A stretch of 64,000 bases of DNA from Candidatus Latescibacterota bacterium (GTDB lineage Bacteria; Latescibacterota; UBA2968). Below the pieces are notes generated by a model. It was not told where the DNA came from. It saw nothing but the letters and a program-made list of their open reading frames with translations, and made no database searches. The translations under genes were made by a program, and so were the position numbers. This document shows positions 22,060-32,495 of the stretch, piece after piece (the first letter of the stretch is position 1; every line of letters starts with the position of its first letter). Location: NCBI GenBank assembly GCA_965198115.1, contig OZ240241.1, positions 7,776,001 to 7,840,000 on the forward strand, in the 5' to 3' direction.

Positions 22060-22255
22060 ATGGTTGGTCGTCAGCGAATGGCCCGCCGTGAAAGAGGGCG
22101 AGACATCGTCAGGTCCTACGACACCCGTAGGACCCGAAAACAGGTAAGGATTGTTATGATTCGGTGGCAAACCCCTCTTAACACTGTAGCAACCGAACTA
22201 CCACTTCTATATCCAATAGATAGCGCCAAACGCTCGCGGCTTCTATGCTGCGCCG

Positions 22256-22452
22256 TGTTATTCTCACGCGGATTATACGTTTGAGCGTAAACCTTCCGTC
22301 AGATGCGGCGGCTCGCCGGCGATAAACCTTCCGTCAGATCGTGCACGACCGATACATCCGTGTGTCCGTATAACGCATCCATCATACGGTATACCGGTAG
22401 TGATCGCACGCGGGAATTATGTACACGGGTGTAATCTGACGCGGATTATACG
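22256..22452. promoter_or_regulatory. Array of four 18-bp repeats, putative recombinase/transposase binding sites
   Basis: TCTCACGCGGATTATACG (22262 +), TCTGACGGAAGGTTTACG (22286 -), TCTGACGGAAGGTTTATC (22321 -), TCTGACGCGGATTATACG (22435 +). Confidence 0.5.
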
Positions 22453-22644
22453 CACGGGCCGCATAGATGCGTCTCTCTGGATGCTTTTTCGGGAACGGGA
22501 CAACTGAAGCAGATCGCCGACGAGACAGCTGCCGACATCGAAGGGATGCTCGAAGACCTGATGGAGCAGATCGCGGACCTTGTCCGTGACGATGGACGCG
22601 TCTCGCGAAACTAGTCGTGTGAGTGAGATTGACATATAGCGCCG

Positions 22645-23139
22645 TCACCTACCCTTAGGTGCTGCTCTATAGTTTATCGGATTGAGCCTGTGCTTGGTGC
22701 TGAAGTCCTCTGAATTATGAATGTGACACTCAGGAGTCCATGAGAGAGCACGAGTGACAATGTAGACCCACCAATCTTCATCCTTCTTCGAGGTGGCTAC
22801 TTCATTCTCAGAGATAATGAAAGAAGGAATGGCACCTGAGACACCTTTCACCTCCACATGCTTTCTTTGCTTCCCTTTCCGACAATCTAGATCGTAGCCC
22901 ACGTTCTCTGACTCAGCTGAACGGACCTTCCAGCCTTCGCTCTTAAGTCTCTCTGAAACGACCTCCACTGCCCTCTGCTCAACTCGCCTGTTCTGCTCCG
23001 CACTTCCAAAGCCAGCTCCTTGGCGCCGAACTACAGACTTCTCTGGTCCTAAAGGAATCAATTCCCCGACCAACTCCGAGAGCTCAAGTTTCCTCTCCGG
23101 ATGCAAATTGCCTATCAAAAGGCCTGCCAGCTCCTCACT
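22645..23139 (-). pseudogene. DUF3883 (NOV C-terminal) domain protein, 5'-truncated by repeat X
   Basis: VEQRAVEVV...GWKV...VGYDLDC...HVEVKG...ISENE motif. Confidence 0.8.
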
Positions 23140-23352
23140 AATTGACCCCATTTTCTGGAAAATAATGGACTACGAAGAACGGTTAACCTATTGTATAAAC
23201 AGTGATGTAGGGCGTTTATTGTGATGTTCTTTGGGGTGGGAAACCGGGCACGAAAAAGCGGAGTTGTCCGAACAGAAAAATTATTTCGCCAACGTCCTGT
23301 CGCCAAAGTTATTTTTCTTCGTAGCTCTGGCGTTTGGGTGCCGGGTGATCCG
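23140..23352 (+). repeat. Repeat 'X', copy 2
   Basis: AATTGACCCCATTTTCTGGAAAATAATGGACTACGAAG...GGTGATCCG. Confidence 0.9.
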
Positions 23353-23827
23353 CTGGGTGATAGTGAACTCGGGCCTTTCTGAATACGTAGGCCGTAGAGT
23401 GTTCCCCAAAATCTCCAAAGCATTTCTCAATTTGGAGTCTGCTGTTCTGATAGTAGAGAACAGAGATCTATGCCATCGGAACGCAGTGAAATGCTTTAGA
23501 CATCTTGGTAAGGTTGGTGCCATAGTTGCGATTTCAGAGCATCTGGCACGCCTGGGCTTTGATGCCGTTCGAAATGCGCTACTGAAAAACGGCCCTAAGT
23601 ACCTTCAGCGGTTCCCCTATCTGGGACCAACAACATCGCTTCATCTGGCGAAGAACCTAGGCTTATCTGTTGCCAAACCTGATCGACATCTCTGCAGAAC
23701 TTCATCACGCTATGGTTTCTCCAGTGTCAATGCTTTCTGTTCTCTAGTCGCTCAGTACTCTGGGGACCCCATATCTGTCGTGGATATTGTCTGGTGGCGC
23801 TACGCCGTGATAACCCGCACCCATTGA
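23353..23827 (+). pseudogene. HhH DNA-glycosylase-like protein, 5'-truncated
   Basis: LQRFPYLGPTTSLHLAKNLG..AKPDRHL...VVDIVWWRY (HhH-like and KPD motifs). Confidence 0.55.
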
Positions 23828-23878
23828 CAGGGCCTTCACCTTGGGTCAAGTCCCATTGTCAGCTGAAACTCGTCGGGC

Positions 23879-25306
23879 GAGCTATAATCAAAAGGTGTGG
23901 AAAAAGAGAAAGGGCGACCCTACACTTCCCGTGAGATAGTTGATTCACACAAAACCGGGTGAGAGGCCCGGTTGGGAAGGAGGATCGCCGTGAAGGAACA
24001 TACGCATAGAGCCCCATTGAAGTCCATGCCGACGTGGGAGACGGTTGACGATTGGATCCGTGAAGAGATCCAGGGCCGGTTCCAGTCCATTCTGGAGGAG
24101 GAGGCGACCGCGTTCTTGGGCCGGTCGTGGTATGAGCGCCGAGCCGAGGTCGATAGCCCTTCCCACGGCGCAGGCTCGTCCGGTGTGGACACCTGGGGGC
24201 AAGCAGGAAAGATCGAGTAGACAGTACTCCCAAGTTCGCTCCAGGGGCTACAGGAACGGCTACGGCAAGCCCCGGCGTCTCTCGACGAGCTGCGGAACGA
24301 TCAAGGTCCGGCGTCCCCGGGTTCGTGGTCTGGAAGAGCGGTTTGAAAGCCGCATCCTCCCCCTGTTCGCCCGGAGAACCAGGGCCATTGGAGATCTGCT
24401 TCCCGACCTTTATCTCCACGGTCTCTCCCAGGGCGACTTCGAGTTGTCTTTGCGTGCGCTGCTCGGTGATGGCGCGCCGCTTTCGCCGACCTCGATCGCT
24501 CGTCTTCGAGGGAAGTGGGAGGTCGACTTCCAGGACTGGAAAGAAAGGCGTCTGGATAATCGCGAACTGGTCTACGCCTGGGCTGATGGCATCTACGTCA
24601 AAGCCGGGCTCGAGCGCGAGAAGGCGTGTCTGCTGGTCGTGATCGGCGCGATGAGCGACGGCAGCAAGGAGATCCTGGCGATAGAACCCGGTTATCGAGA
24701 GTCTACAGAATCCTGGCTCACGGTGCTACGGGATCTCCGGGATCGCGGGCTCGAACATCCTGTCCTGATCGCCGCGGACGGGAATATGGGCATCTGGGCG
24801 GCCGTTGATCAGGTCTGGCCAGAGAGCCGGCAACAACGGTGCTGGAACCACAAGATCCTCAACGTGCTCGACAAGGTCGCCAAGCGTGCACAGGCTGAAG
24901 CCCGCGCACTGCTCGTCCAGATCCCCTATGCCGGCACGAAAAAGGAGGCCGAGAAGCTCCGGAAACGCTTTGCCGCACGGTATCGCTCACAGTTCCCTGC
25001 CGCCGTGGAGACGCTCGAAAGAGACTGGGATCGGATGGTCACGTTCTACGACTTCCCGAAGGAACACTGGAAACACCTGAGAACCACGAACGTCGTCGAG
25101 AGCCCCTTTGCTTCCGTTCGGCTTCGCACAAACGCCGCCAGGCGATTCAAGAAAGTCAGGAACGCCACGGCTCTCATCTGGCGTACGCTCAAGGTCGCAG
25201 AGAGCCGATTCAGGAAACTCACCGCGCCACACTTGCTACAACAAGTCTACGATCAGAAACACTCAACCGGACCGCAGGTCGAAACCGGGAAGATGGCCGC
25301 CTGATT
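23879..25306 (+). mobile_element. IS256-family IS (type C), with an 82-bp insertion in the transposase and no right IR
   Basis: Near-identical to 45062-46435 apart from extra bases at 24158-24239; diverges immediately after the stop codon. Confidence 0.9.
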
Positions 25307-25349
25307 GGCCATCGTGAGGAGCTGGACAGGATTCTGAGTTGGTTCGATG

Positions 25350-25510
25350 CTCAGTACCGATCTTCGAGGAGTTGATCCGCCGCTTCAACGAGGAGAACAA
25401 CGAGGAGGCGGGCGAGCACTGGACGCCGCGCGGCTGATGGCGAAGCTCGTCTTTCTCCCCGTCGCCGACGAGCTCAAGTCTGGCACCTACCTGCTCTATG
25501 ACGGGTGCTT
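25350..25510 (+). pseudogene. hsdM: Type I restriction-modification HsdM fragment
   Basis: Own translation: IFEELIRRFNEENNEEAGEHWTPR / LMAKLVFLPVADELKSGTYLLYDG. Confidence 0.8.
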
Positions 25511-26292
25511 CACTCACCCAGGGCAGCTCCTCAGAAAAATGGGACAAGGAAATGAACTTCGCAAAATGGACTACAAGTCTCCTGGCCGTTGCCACTGTTG
25601 TGCTTGCCGGCGCGACTTGGCAACTCAACAAGAAAGCATTCGAGCTAGAAACCCAACCGCATTTTGCTTTCAAGAACTTCCATTTCAAAGTATTCGTGGA
25701 GCCGTCTGACAAGAACGATGGGCTAGAGAAAACACGCCTCAAGATCGGACTCATTTTTCGCAACCCCGGAAAAGTTCTGATTCGGTACGAAGTGAAATCG
25801 CTACGGTTGACCTTTGGAGGGCAAACGATCGACAACCCACAGTTTGCTACTCGCGGCGGGTCAATCTATCCTGAAGAAGAAACGCTCTTTTGGTATGGGG
25901 AGAGCATCACTATCGTCGACGCCTACTGTGACACAACGGTATTCCAGTTGCTTAAGGGGCGCGCCTTGAATGCACTCAGCCTTCGCGTTCTCTGTGGACA
26001 GCATGCGCAGGCCGTAAGCTGCGGCGTTCAAAAGACAGTATCCCAACGTGACCGTTCATGTTAGGACCACGACGGACTTCCACGATCGGTTCATCGTGCT
26101 GGAGGTCGATCGATACGCGGTTTTTGGCTACCGCGCGGACGGGACCGCGGATGGCAGGACAGGCAGCTACTTGGAGTTGATCGGCCGTCACGCTCGTGCG
26201 TTCGTCGGCTGGATTCAGAAGACGCCTTCAGTACTGCCGCCGCAATCGTGGAAGGGCGGACCGCCCGTGACGACCGCGCTGGGCAAATGTAG

Positions 26293-26790
26293 ATGAAGCT
26301 GTACGTTGCGAACGTTGGAGTGAACGCTCACGCGGGTCGGTGGGGGCTACGAAGCCCTGTCTTTCCTGACGGCACCTTTGAGTTCGTTCCGATAAAGGAG
26401 GAGTCCCGCTTTTCGCAGGTGAGCGGGATCCCAAGCTACAATGAAGTACCTTCGTGGACTGATCGGACCGATTCCTTGGGCGAGTTTCTTCCAGAACGAG
26501 TCCGCTCGTATCGGGCACATGCGGATCCTGAGTTCGAGACGTTCACGTACGGCGACATCCAGAGTCCCCGCGCCAGCAACCTGACAGACCTCGTGCCAGG
26601 AGACCAATTGTGGTTTCTTGCGCGTCTTTGGAACCACGACGGCGCCCGTTGGACGGGTAGTAGTGGCTTTTGTTTTGTCGGGTTCATCGAGGTCGAGCAG
26701 AATTTCTACTTCGCCCCCGGCACTCGTCCCGAGGACATTCCGCCGAACCTTTGCGGACGGATCGGGAAAGCGCGTTCAGTGCAACAGGGA
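26293..26790 (+). pseudogene. Nucleotide-modification-associated domain (Nmad3-like) protein, 3'-truncated
   Basis: NVGVN...SPVFPDGTFEFVPIKE...HADPEF..FTYGD...PGDQLWFLARL pattern; runs into the convergent helicase gene. Confidence 0.6.
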
Positions 26791-26798
26791 GGCGCCCA

Positions 26799-29402
26799 TC
26801 AGTCCACCGCGTCATCCAGAAACTCGCGTCTCTCGCCCGTCTCGCGGTGCAGATAGACCATCATCCATTCGTCGCCGACAGCCTGCATCGACTCTGCCGA
26901 CGCCATCGTCTTCATAGGCTTGCCGGTTTTGTAGAGGTAGAAGAGCTGGACCTTGTCGTCGAATTCTATGAACTCATGCCCTACGACCTCAATGTCGTGC
27001 AGCGCGCCCTGATTGTCCCTGCGCGCGACGATGCTGCCAACATCGTACACCTGTACCCAGACATCGCCATCGTCCAAGCCTTCGACTGCTGGTACGCCAC
27101 CGTCTTCGTTCCCGAGGTGGTCGAGCCAGGCTCTCAAGGCGGCAACAACTTCAGGCGACACACGGTCGTCGTCTGGAGGCGTCATGCGTATCGACCGCTC
27201 AAGCTGGGTCAGTAGCTCGTCGAGGCTCAAGTACGCCGGCTCCGTTAGCCGCAGTGTCCCATGTGTAGAGTCGAACAGTACCAAAGCGTTGGACACCAGC
27301 TCGCGCTGCCCGTTTCGGATCATCGAGATGTTGGTGGCGGCGGCATCGACATCTTGGGCTGAGATGCTGTACTCCCGTAGCATCAGATCGCGCAGGATGT
27401 CCGCAACCCGTTGCTTGACGCCTCGGCGCCTGAACCAGTCCTCATCGATACGCATGACCACACCCGTGGTCCTGAAATCCCTGGTCTTCGGAGTCATCCA
27501 GGGCTTCTCCTGTCGGAGATCCTTGTAGTGCTTCCTCTCCCCACCTTCTCGAAAACCCTCCACGCGCTCGTTGACCTGCAGGTGGCACTCCGCAAGGAAG
27601 CCCCGTTCGCCCTTACGGAATCGGCCTTCCACAATCCCGTCTCGTTCGAGACCGAAATTCACGAAGGTACGGATCAGTGGTTGGGGAAGGATAGGCGACT
27701 TCGTCGGATTGACCCGAATCGTCCTGTCAAAAGATGTGCTGCGCCAATCATGGACGCGCCATCCCTTTGCCATGTGCAAGTAGATCGCTCCGGGGAACGC
27801 CTCGCGTATGGCCTGCTGTACGGTCAGTTGAGCCACGTGCGCCGGACCAGTCGGACCCCCGCGGCTATGGACTACCTTGTAGGCGTCCTCGGGGACGTTC
27901 CGCAGGGGATAGTTGAAGTGAGGCTGATCGCCGCCAATTCGGTTAATCTGGTCGAACTCCCGGGGGCGGGCCGCCGGACCGCCGGGATAGGCGAAATCGA
28001 ACACTTCCGCGAAACCTTCCGGCCATGTCATGTTCCTCGGCAATTCCTTCCGGCCCGTGACGCCCAGCATCTCCAGTTCCTCAGCCAGACAACGCGCATG
28101 TGCGAACTGCATGAACCGGTTTCCGAGATACAGGTACGATGGCTCCACGGACTTCGCGTAGTACTCAGCCAGTGTGCCTCCGAAGCGTCTAAAGGCATAC
28201 GGCTCCGCAAGCACCGCGAAACTCCTCGGGCGCTGACGGCCCACGCGCCCCAACCTTTGCCGGAACGACTTCCGAGTCACGGGAACACTGATGTTCAGTC
28301 CTACGGCAAAGTGAGGGATGTCGATTCCAAGCTCGAGCGCGGATGTCGAAACGACACCCCTGAGATGGCCATCGCGCAATGCGTGCTCGATATTCGACCT
28401 GTCCACCGCTTCGTAGCCGCTCCTGTAGGCCTTCACAAGACTGTCGTTGCCGGTCCGTACCGCCAGGCGCTCAGCTCCCTGGCGGGAGTCGACGAAGGTA
28501 ATGAAACTGCCGTCCGTCGATCCTTCCACGAGCGCCTTGTGGATCGCCTCCGCCACTTCCCCTTCCCGACGGTCGGCGGCTGCAAGATGCAGTATTGAAC
28601 GCTCATGCCGTGGGGCGCCATCGTCCTCTTCGCCCACCGTCTCGAAATGGAGACCCGTGAGGGAATTCAGGTGCTGATCCGGGGTCGAGATCGTGGCGCT
28701 CGCCGCGATTACCTGCAGACCGGTGCGTCGACTCTTGTCCTGTATTAGGAACCTAGCTGCGCACAGTCGGCGGAACAGATACGCAAAGTTACTACCGAAC
28801 ACACCTTCGAGCACATGCGCCTCGTCGATCACCACCAACCTCGTGCGCGCGAGGAACGCCCGATGCGCCGGGTTCGAGATCTCATTCAGGAGCCATGCGT
28901 GGCAGACATCCGGCGTCATCAACGCTACGCGGGCCTTCTCCAGAAGCTTCGCGCGGCTTGGGCGCAGAATGTCCCCGTCCACCTTTACGATGTCCTTGCT
29001 GCGGAACCCAGCATGCTCCGCCGCCCTCCGCCAGGACATCAACTGATCGTTCGAGAGCGCCTTTAGCGGGTAGAAAACGACCACCGCCGCGTCGTCGTCC
29101 GCGTCCAACATCCGGAAGGCGGCTGATTGAAACACCAGTGACTTGCCCGATGCCGTTCCCGTCGAGATGACCAAGTTGCGTCCTTCGGCGGCAATCGTCA
29201 TCGCCTTGGCCTGGTGCAGCCACACGCGCCCGCGGAGCTTGTCGTCGTTCGTCAGCCAGCGGCCCGGCGACCCGCTGCGATAGGCGTCCGGTACACCCGC
29301 CGACCGTTCTGACCGGGCCGGGAGGTCGAGTCTGTCGACACTCGACACAACCTTGGTGTCGATGAGGCGCTCGAATTCCTTCAGCATGTCTGCCATCTGC
29401 AA
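26799..29402 (-). CDS. DEAD/DEAH-box helicase (MrfA/Hrq/DrmB-like), 867 aa
   Basis: TGTASGKS, YPLKAL, IDEAH, SAT, STSALELGIDI and QRLGRVGR motifs; AAGGAG RBS. Confidence 0.9.
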   Translation of the reverse strand: MQMADMLKEFERLIDTKVVSSVDRLDLPARSERSAGVPDAYRSGSPGRWLTNDDKLRGRVWLHQAKAMTIAAEGRNLVISTGTASGKSLVFQSAAFRMLDADDDAAVVVFYPLKALSNDQLMSWRRAAEHAGFRSKDIVKVDGDILRPSRAKLLEKARVALMTPDVCHAWLLNEISNPAHRAFLARTRLVVIDEAHVLEGVFGSNFAYLFRRLCAARFLIQDKSRRTGLQVIAASATISTPDQHLNSLTGLHFETVGEEDDGAPRHERSILHLAAADRREGEVAEAIHKALVEGSTDGSFITFVDSRQGAERLAVRTGNDSLVKAYRSGYEAVDRSNIEHALRDGHLRGVVSTSALELGIDIPHFAVGLNISVPVTRKSFRQRLGRVGRQRPRSFAVLAEPYAFRRFGGTLAEYYAKSVEPSYLYLGNRFMQFAHARCLAEELEMLGVTGRKELPRNMTWPEGFAEVFDFAYPGGPAARPREFDQINRIGGDQPHFNYPLRNVPEDAYKVVHSRGGPTGPAHVAQLTVQQAIREAFPGAIYLHMAKGWRVHDWRSTSFDRTIRVNPTKSPILPQPLIRTFVNFGLERDGIVEGRFRKGERGFLAECHLQVNERVEGFREGGERKHYKDLRQEKPWMTPKTRDFRTTGVVMRIDEDWFRRRGVKQRVADILRDLMLREYSISAQDVDAAATNISMIRNGQRELVSNALVLFDSTHGTLRLTEPAYLSLDELLTQLERSIRMTPPDDDRVSPEVVAALRAWLDHLGNEDGGVPAVEGLDDGDVWVQVYDVGSIVARRDNQGALHDIEVVGHEFIEFDDKVQLFYLYKTGKPMKTMASAESMQAVGDEWMMVYLHRETGERREFLDDAVD

Positions 29403-30196
29403 CGCTCCTTACCTGCGTCCCACAACCCCACGCTTGGTCGTGCCCACATATTCGCCGATCGTGTCCCGGTCCGTGGTGTAAAAGCCTGGCGTCGGTCGCG
29501 GTAACCGGCGGGTAGGGCCGGGACGCTCAGGCTGCCACGGGCCCGCTGTGCCGGTGAGGCTACTCCCGAGCGCTTGGACGCCTCACAAGCTCCCTTGCGG
29601 CACCCCTGTCGATCACCAAGTCGCGGAACGACCAGCCTCGTTCATACTCGTCGGTCCGTTCCCAGGCCGCGAGAAGCCAAGCATCGTCATTGCGGGAGCG
29701 GTTGAACCTCCTGACCTGACAGGCGAGATGGTCGGCGATCTTCGGCGATCCGGGCTCGTAGTTGCCATCAAAAATCATCAGCCGCACCGTTGGATGTTGA
29801 TGGACCTTAGTACTCCTGTTCTCAAATACGGTGACGTATTCTAAGCAGACTTTGCCAAGGGCGTATCGTAGAACCTGAGTTTGTCGATCATCTCCGCGAG
29901 ATCTGTTCGTGTGAACTTCCATTTGAAGGGTGTGGCGATACGTCCGTAGCGTTCCTGAAAACCGAGGATTCTTGCCTCAAGCTCTTCGAGCGATGCAAAT
30001 TCGATAGGTGTCAGAGCCTTGCGTTTGAGGATCGAGAAGTAGATCTCGATCTGATTGAGCCAGCTTGCGTGGATCGGAAGGTGAACGGGGTGGATGTTTG
30101 GCCACTTCCCCTGGATACGGTCGATGCATGTTTGCCCTCGGTGCGAGGAGCCATTATCCACGATGAGGTAGACTTTCTTTGCCGAGCAATAGGGTT

Positions 30197-31584
30197 GGTC
30201 AAGTCCCATAGTCAGTTGAAAACTCATCGGGCCCCGTAGTTTGGTCAGGCTCTCTTTTGAGCATTCTGTTCGTTGTCGAGATTCAGATCTTTGTTCAGTG
30301 CTTGCCTGAGTAGGGGAAGATGTTTGTATCCGCTCACGCGTCGCAGGCGAGGTTCGATGTCGAGGAGTGCGGCAGCCACCCATCTGTGTCTCTGGGGAGA
30401 GTTGTTCCAGCGTCTGACCTTCCGAGTGAGCTCGCCGGTCATGCTGTTGAGGGCTTCGATGCAGTTGGTGGTTCGGAAGCTTCGTTTCAAGAATGGGAGC
30501 ATACCCAGCCGGTGGAGGGTCAGGGTTTCCTCCAGGCCTTCCTCGAGGCTCGTTACGGCAGACTGATTCATCAGCTTCAGTTCGGGTTTAAGTGATTCGA
30601 GTGCGGCCTTTGCCTCCTCGTAGGTGTCGCAGTCATAGGCTTTCTGGAGCTTCCGTCGAACTCTTGGACGTTCCCTCTCCGGGAGATAGCTGACGACATT
30701 CTCGCGCTTGTGCCACTGACAGCGATGCACGCGCACATACCCTTTGAGGGCTTTGGTGACAGCACTGCGGAGTCCCTTTGAGCCGTCAAGCACAACGAGA
30801 AGGCCCTGGTCGTAGCACAGGCCTCTCCGGATGAGGTCCTGGATCAGCTGGCGGCAGATCCGTTCGTTCTCCGTCGCCGATTCGACGAAGCCCAGGGGGA
30901 TCTTCTGGCCGTCCATCGTGACCCCCAGAGCGATCACGATCTCTTCGTCGGCAAAGCTCTTTCCGTCAATGAACAGGGTCACGAAGCCGTAGTCGTCGAG
31001 GGGACGCTCCTGGAACTGCTTCAGCTTCTTCGCGGTGGCTTTGATGAACCGCCGCGAGACGGAGGACGCTGAGATACCAAACGCTTCTGGAACCGATTCG
31101 GCACAGGCCTTGTAGTTGCGGCACGAGATCCCCTTGAGAACACGAAGCAACAGCCCCTCGTCCGTCTTCTTGGGCGTCTGTAGAGCCCGGTATGCAGCCA
31201 GGGAAACCTCTGCGTCGGCCTCGACGTCGCGCACCCGGGGAACGTCTAACGGGAGCTTCTGGTCCATCAGATACACGGATCCCTTCTGGCTTCCCCACCG
31301 ACGATGCGCCTGCTCCGAACCTTTGCGCGCATACCGAACGCCTGCGAGCTGCTCGACCTCCTGCTGGAGGAGGTCTGCCACTGCCTCCAGACCCAACGGG
31401 ATCAACGCCTGGATCACCGACAAACGCGTCTCCAAATCGATGACATCGCCCTCAACCTTGACTTCACCATCGCCTACAAATAGCTTCTCCATCTGGGCTC
31501 CTTTCTTACGGGTATACGCTCCTACACGTCTACCCAACGTAAGTTTGGAGCCCTCTAAGTTTCAACTACGATAGGCACAACACC
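30197..31584 (-). mobile_element. IS256-family IS (type A), intact
   Basis: Both IRs present; TSD ATAGGGTT. Confidence 0.95.
30245..31537 (-). CDS. IS256 family transposase
   Basis: LFIDG, VLDGSKGL, HRCQWHKRENV and RTTNCIE motifs. Confidence 0.95.
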   Translation of the reverse strand: MGRRVGAYTRKKGAQMEKLFVGDGEVKVEGDVIDLETRLSVIQALIPLGLEAVADLLQQEVEQLAGVRYARKGSEQAHRRWGSQKGSVYLMDQKLPLDVPRVRDVEADAEVSLAAYRALQTPKKTDEGLLLRVLKGISCRNYKACAESVPEAFGISASSVSRRFIKATAKKLKQFQERPLDDYGFVTLFIDGKSFADEEIVIALGVTMDGQKIPLGFVESATENERICRQLIQDLIRRGLCYDQGLLVVLDGSKGLRSAVTKALKGYVRVHRCQWHKRENVVSYLPERERPRVRRKLQKAYDCDTYEEAKAALESLKPELKLMNQSAVTSLEEGLEETLTLHRLGMLPFLKRSFRTTNCIEALNSMTGELTRKVRRWNNSPQRHRWVAAALLDIEPRLRRVSGYKHLPLLRQALNKDLNLDNEQNAQKRA

Positions 31585-32077
31585 ATAGGGTTTCCTGCTC
31601 ATGATCAGGCTCAGGAGCCGGTTGAAGGGCTCGATACCCGAAGAAGACTCACAGAGACCGAAGATTCGACCATTGTGCACGTCGAGAGCAGCCAGATAGG
31701 CCAGGGCTCCTTTCCGCTCGTATTCGTGTTCAACGCGTGCCGCTCTGTTCGAGGCTGGCGGTAGGGTAACGTGCTTGCGAGCTCGTGCTTGAATACTGGT
31801 CTTTTCGTCGGCAGAAAGTACATATTCCCTCGGCCCTAAAGGCTTTCCTTGCCATTGGCGGTGATACAGATCAAGGACTCTACCTGCTTTGGTTTGGAAG
31901 TCCGGGTCCCGTGGGAAAATCCAGGAGCGATGATACCAAGGACGAATCGCGTCCTCGTTCAACCAGCGCCAGACAGTGGCGCCGCTGATCTTGGCAACGA
32001 AGCCCCTTTGCACTGCCTCGGCGGCAATCTCGGAACAGCTGAACCGCGAGAGCGGTATCCCGCTCTCGCTCGGTAGT

Positions 32078-32386
32078 TCACACGCCAGCGCCTTGATCTG
32101 AACGACCACCTGAGGGGGGAAAACCGGGCGGGCGCCCGGGACGAGATCTATCTTCGAGTCCCGAAAGACGCTCTTCGAAAAAGCGCTTACGCCATTTGCT
32201 TACGATCGGACGCGGGACATCCAACCGTTGGGCGATAATCTTGTTGGATAATCCCTCGGCGGCGAGAAGCACGATTTTCGATCGGATCACTTGATAATAC
32301 GGTAACGTATATTGTCCAGCCATTCGCTCGAGGTCGACCCGTTCCTTCTCAGACAGTAGCACCACATAAGGCGAACGTCTTGGCAT
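32078..32386 (-). CDS. IS630 orfA, HTH protein
   Basis: RSKIVLLAAEGLSNKIIAQRL...WRKRF...GLEDRSRPGRP. Confidence 0.85.
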   Translation of the reverse strand: MPRRSPYVVLLSEKERVDLERMAGQYTLPYYQVIRSKIVLLAAEGLSNKIIAQRLDVPRPIVSKWRKRFFEERLSGLEDRSRPGRPPGFPPSGGRSDQGAGV

Positions 32387-32495
32387 TGTTCTCCTCCTTT
32401 TGAAGGAGAACATAAGCTACAAATAATGTTCAGGACATACGTAATAATATTTATGAACCCATGCGCTTAGGAAGGATTCCACGTTGACGAATTCG

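Larger units (their letters stand above)
29810..32467 (-). mobile_element. IS630-family IS (frameshift type) carrying a nested IS256-A
   Basis: orfA 32078-32386; orfB ~32109-31585 resuming 30196-29841 (SADEKTSIQA, IVDNGSSH, SWLNQIEIYF); slippery TTTTCCCCCC; TA duplicated at 29808-9 and 32468-9. Confidence 0.88.

Noticed and set aside
9600-26300. Integron cassette array suggested by short unrelated ORFs
   Set aside because: No intI gene and no attC-like RYYYAAC...GTTRRRY palindromes were found between the ORFs.
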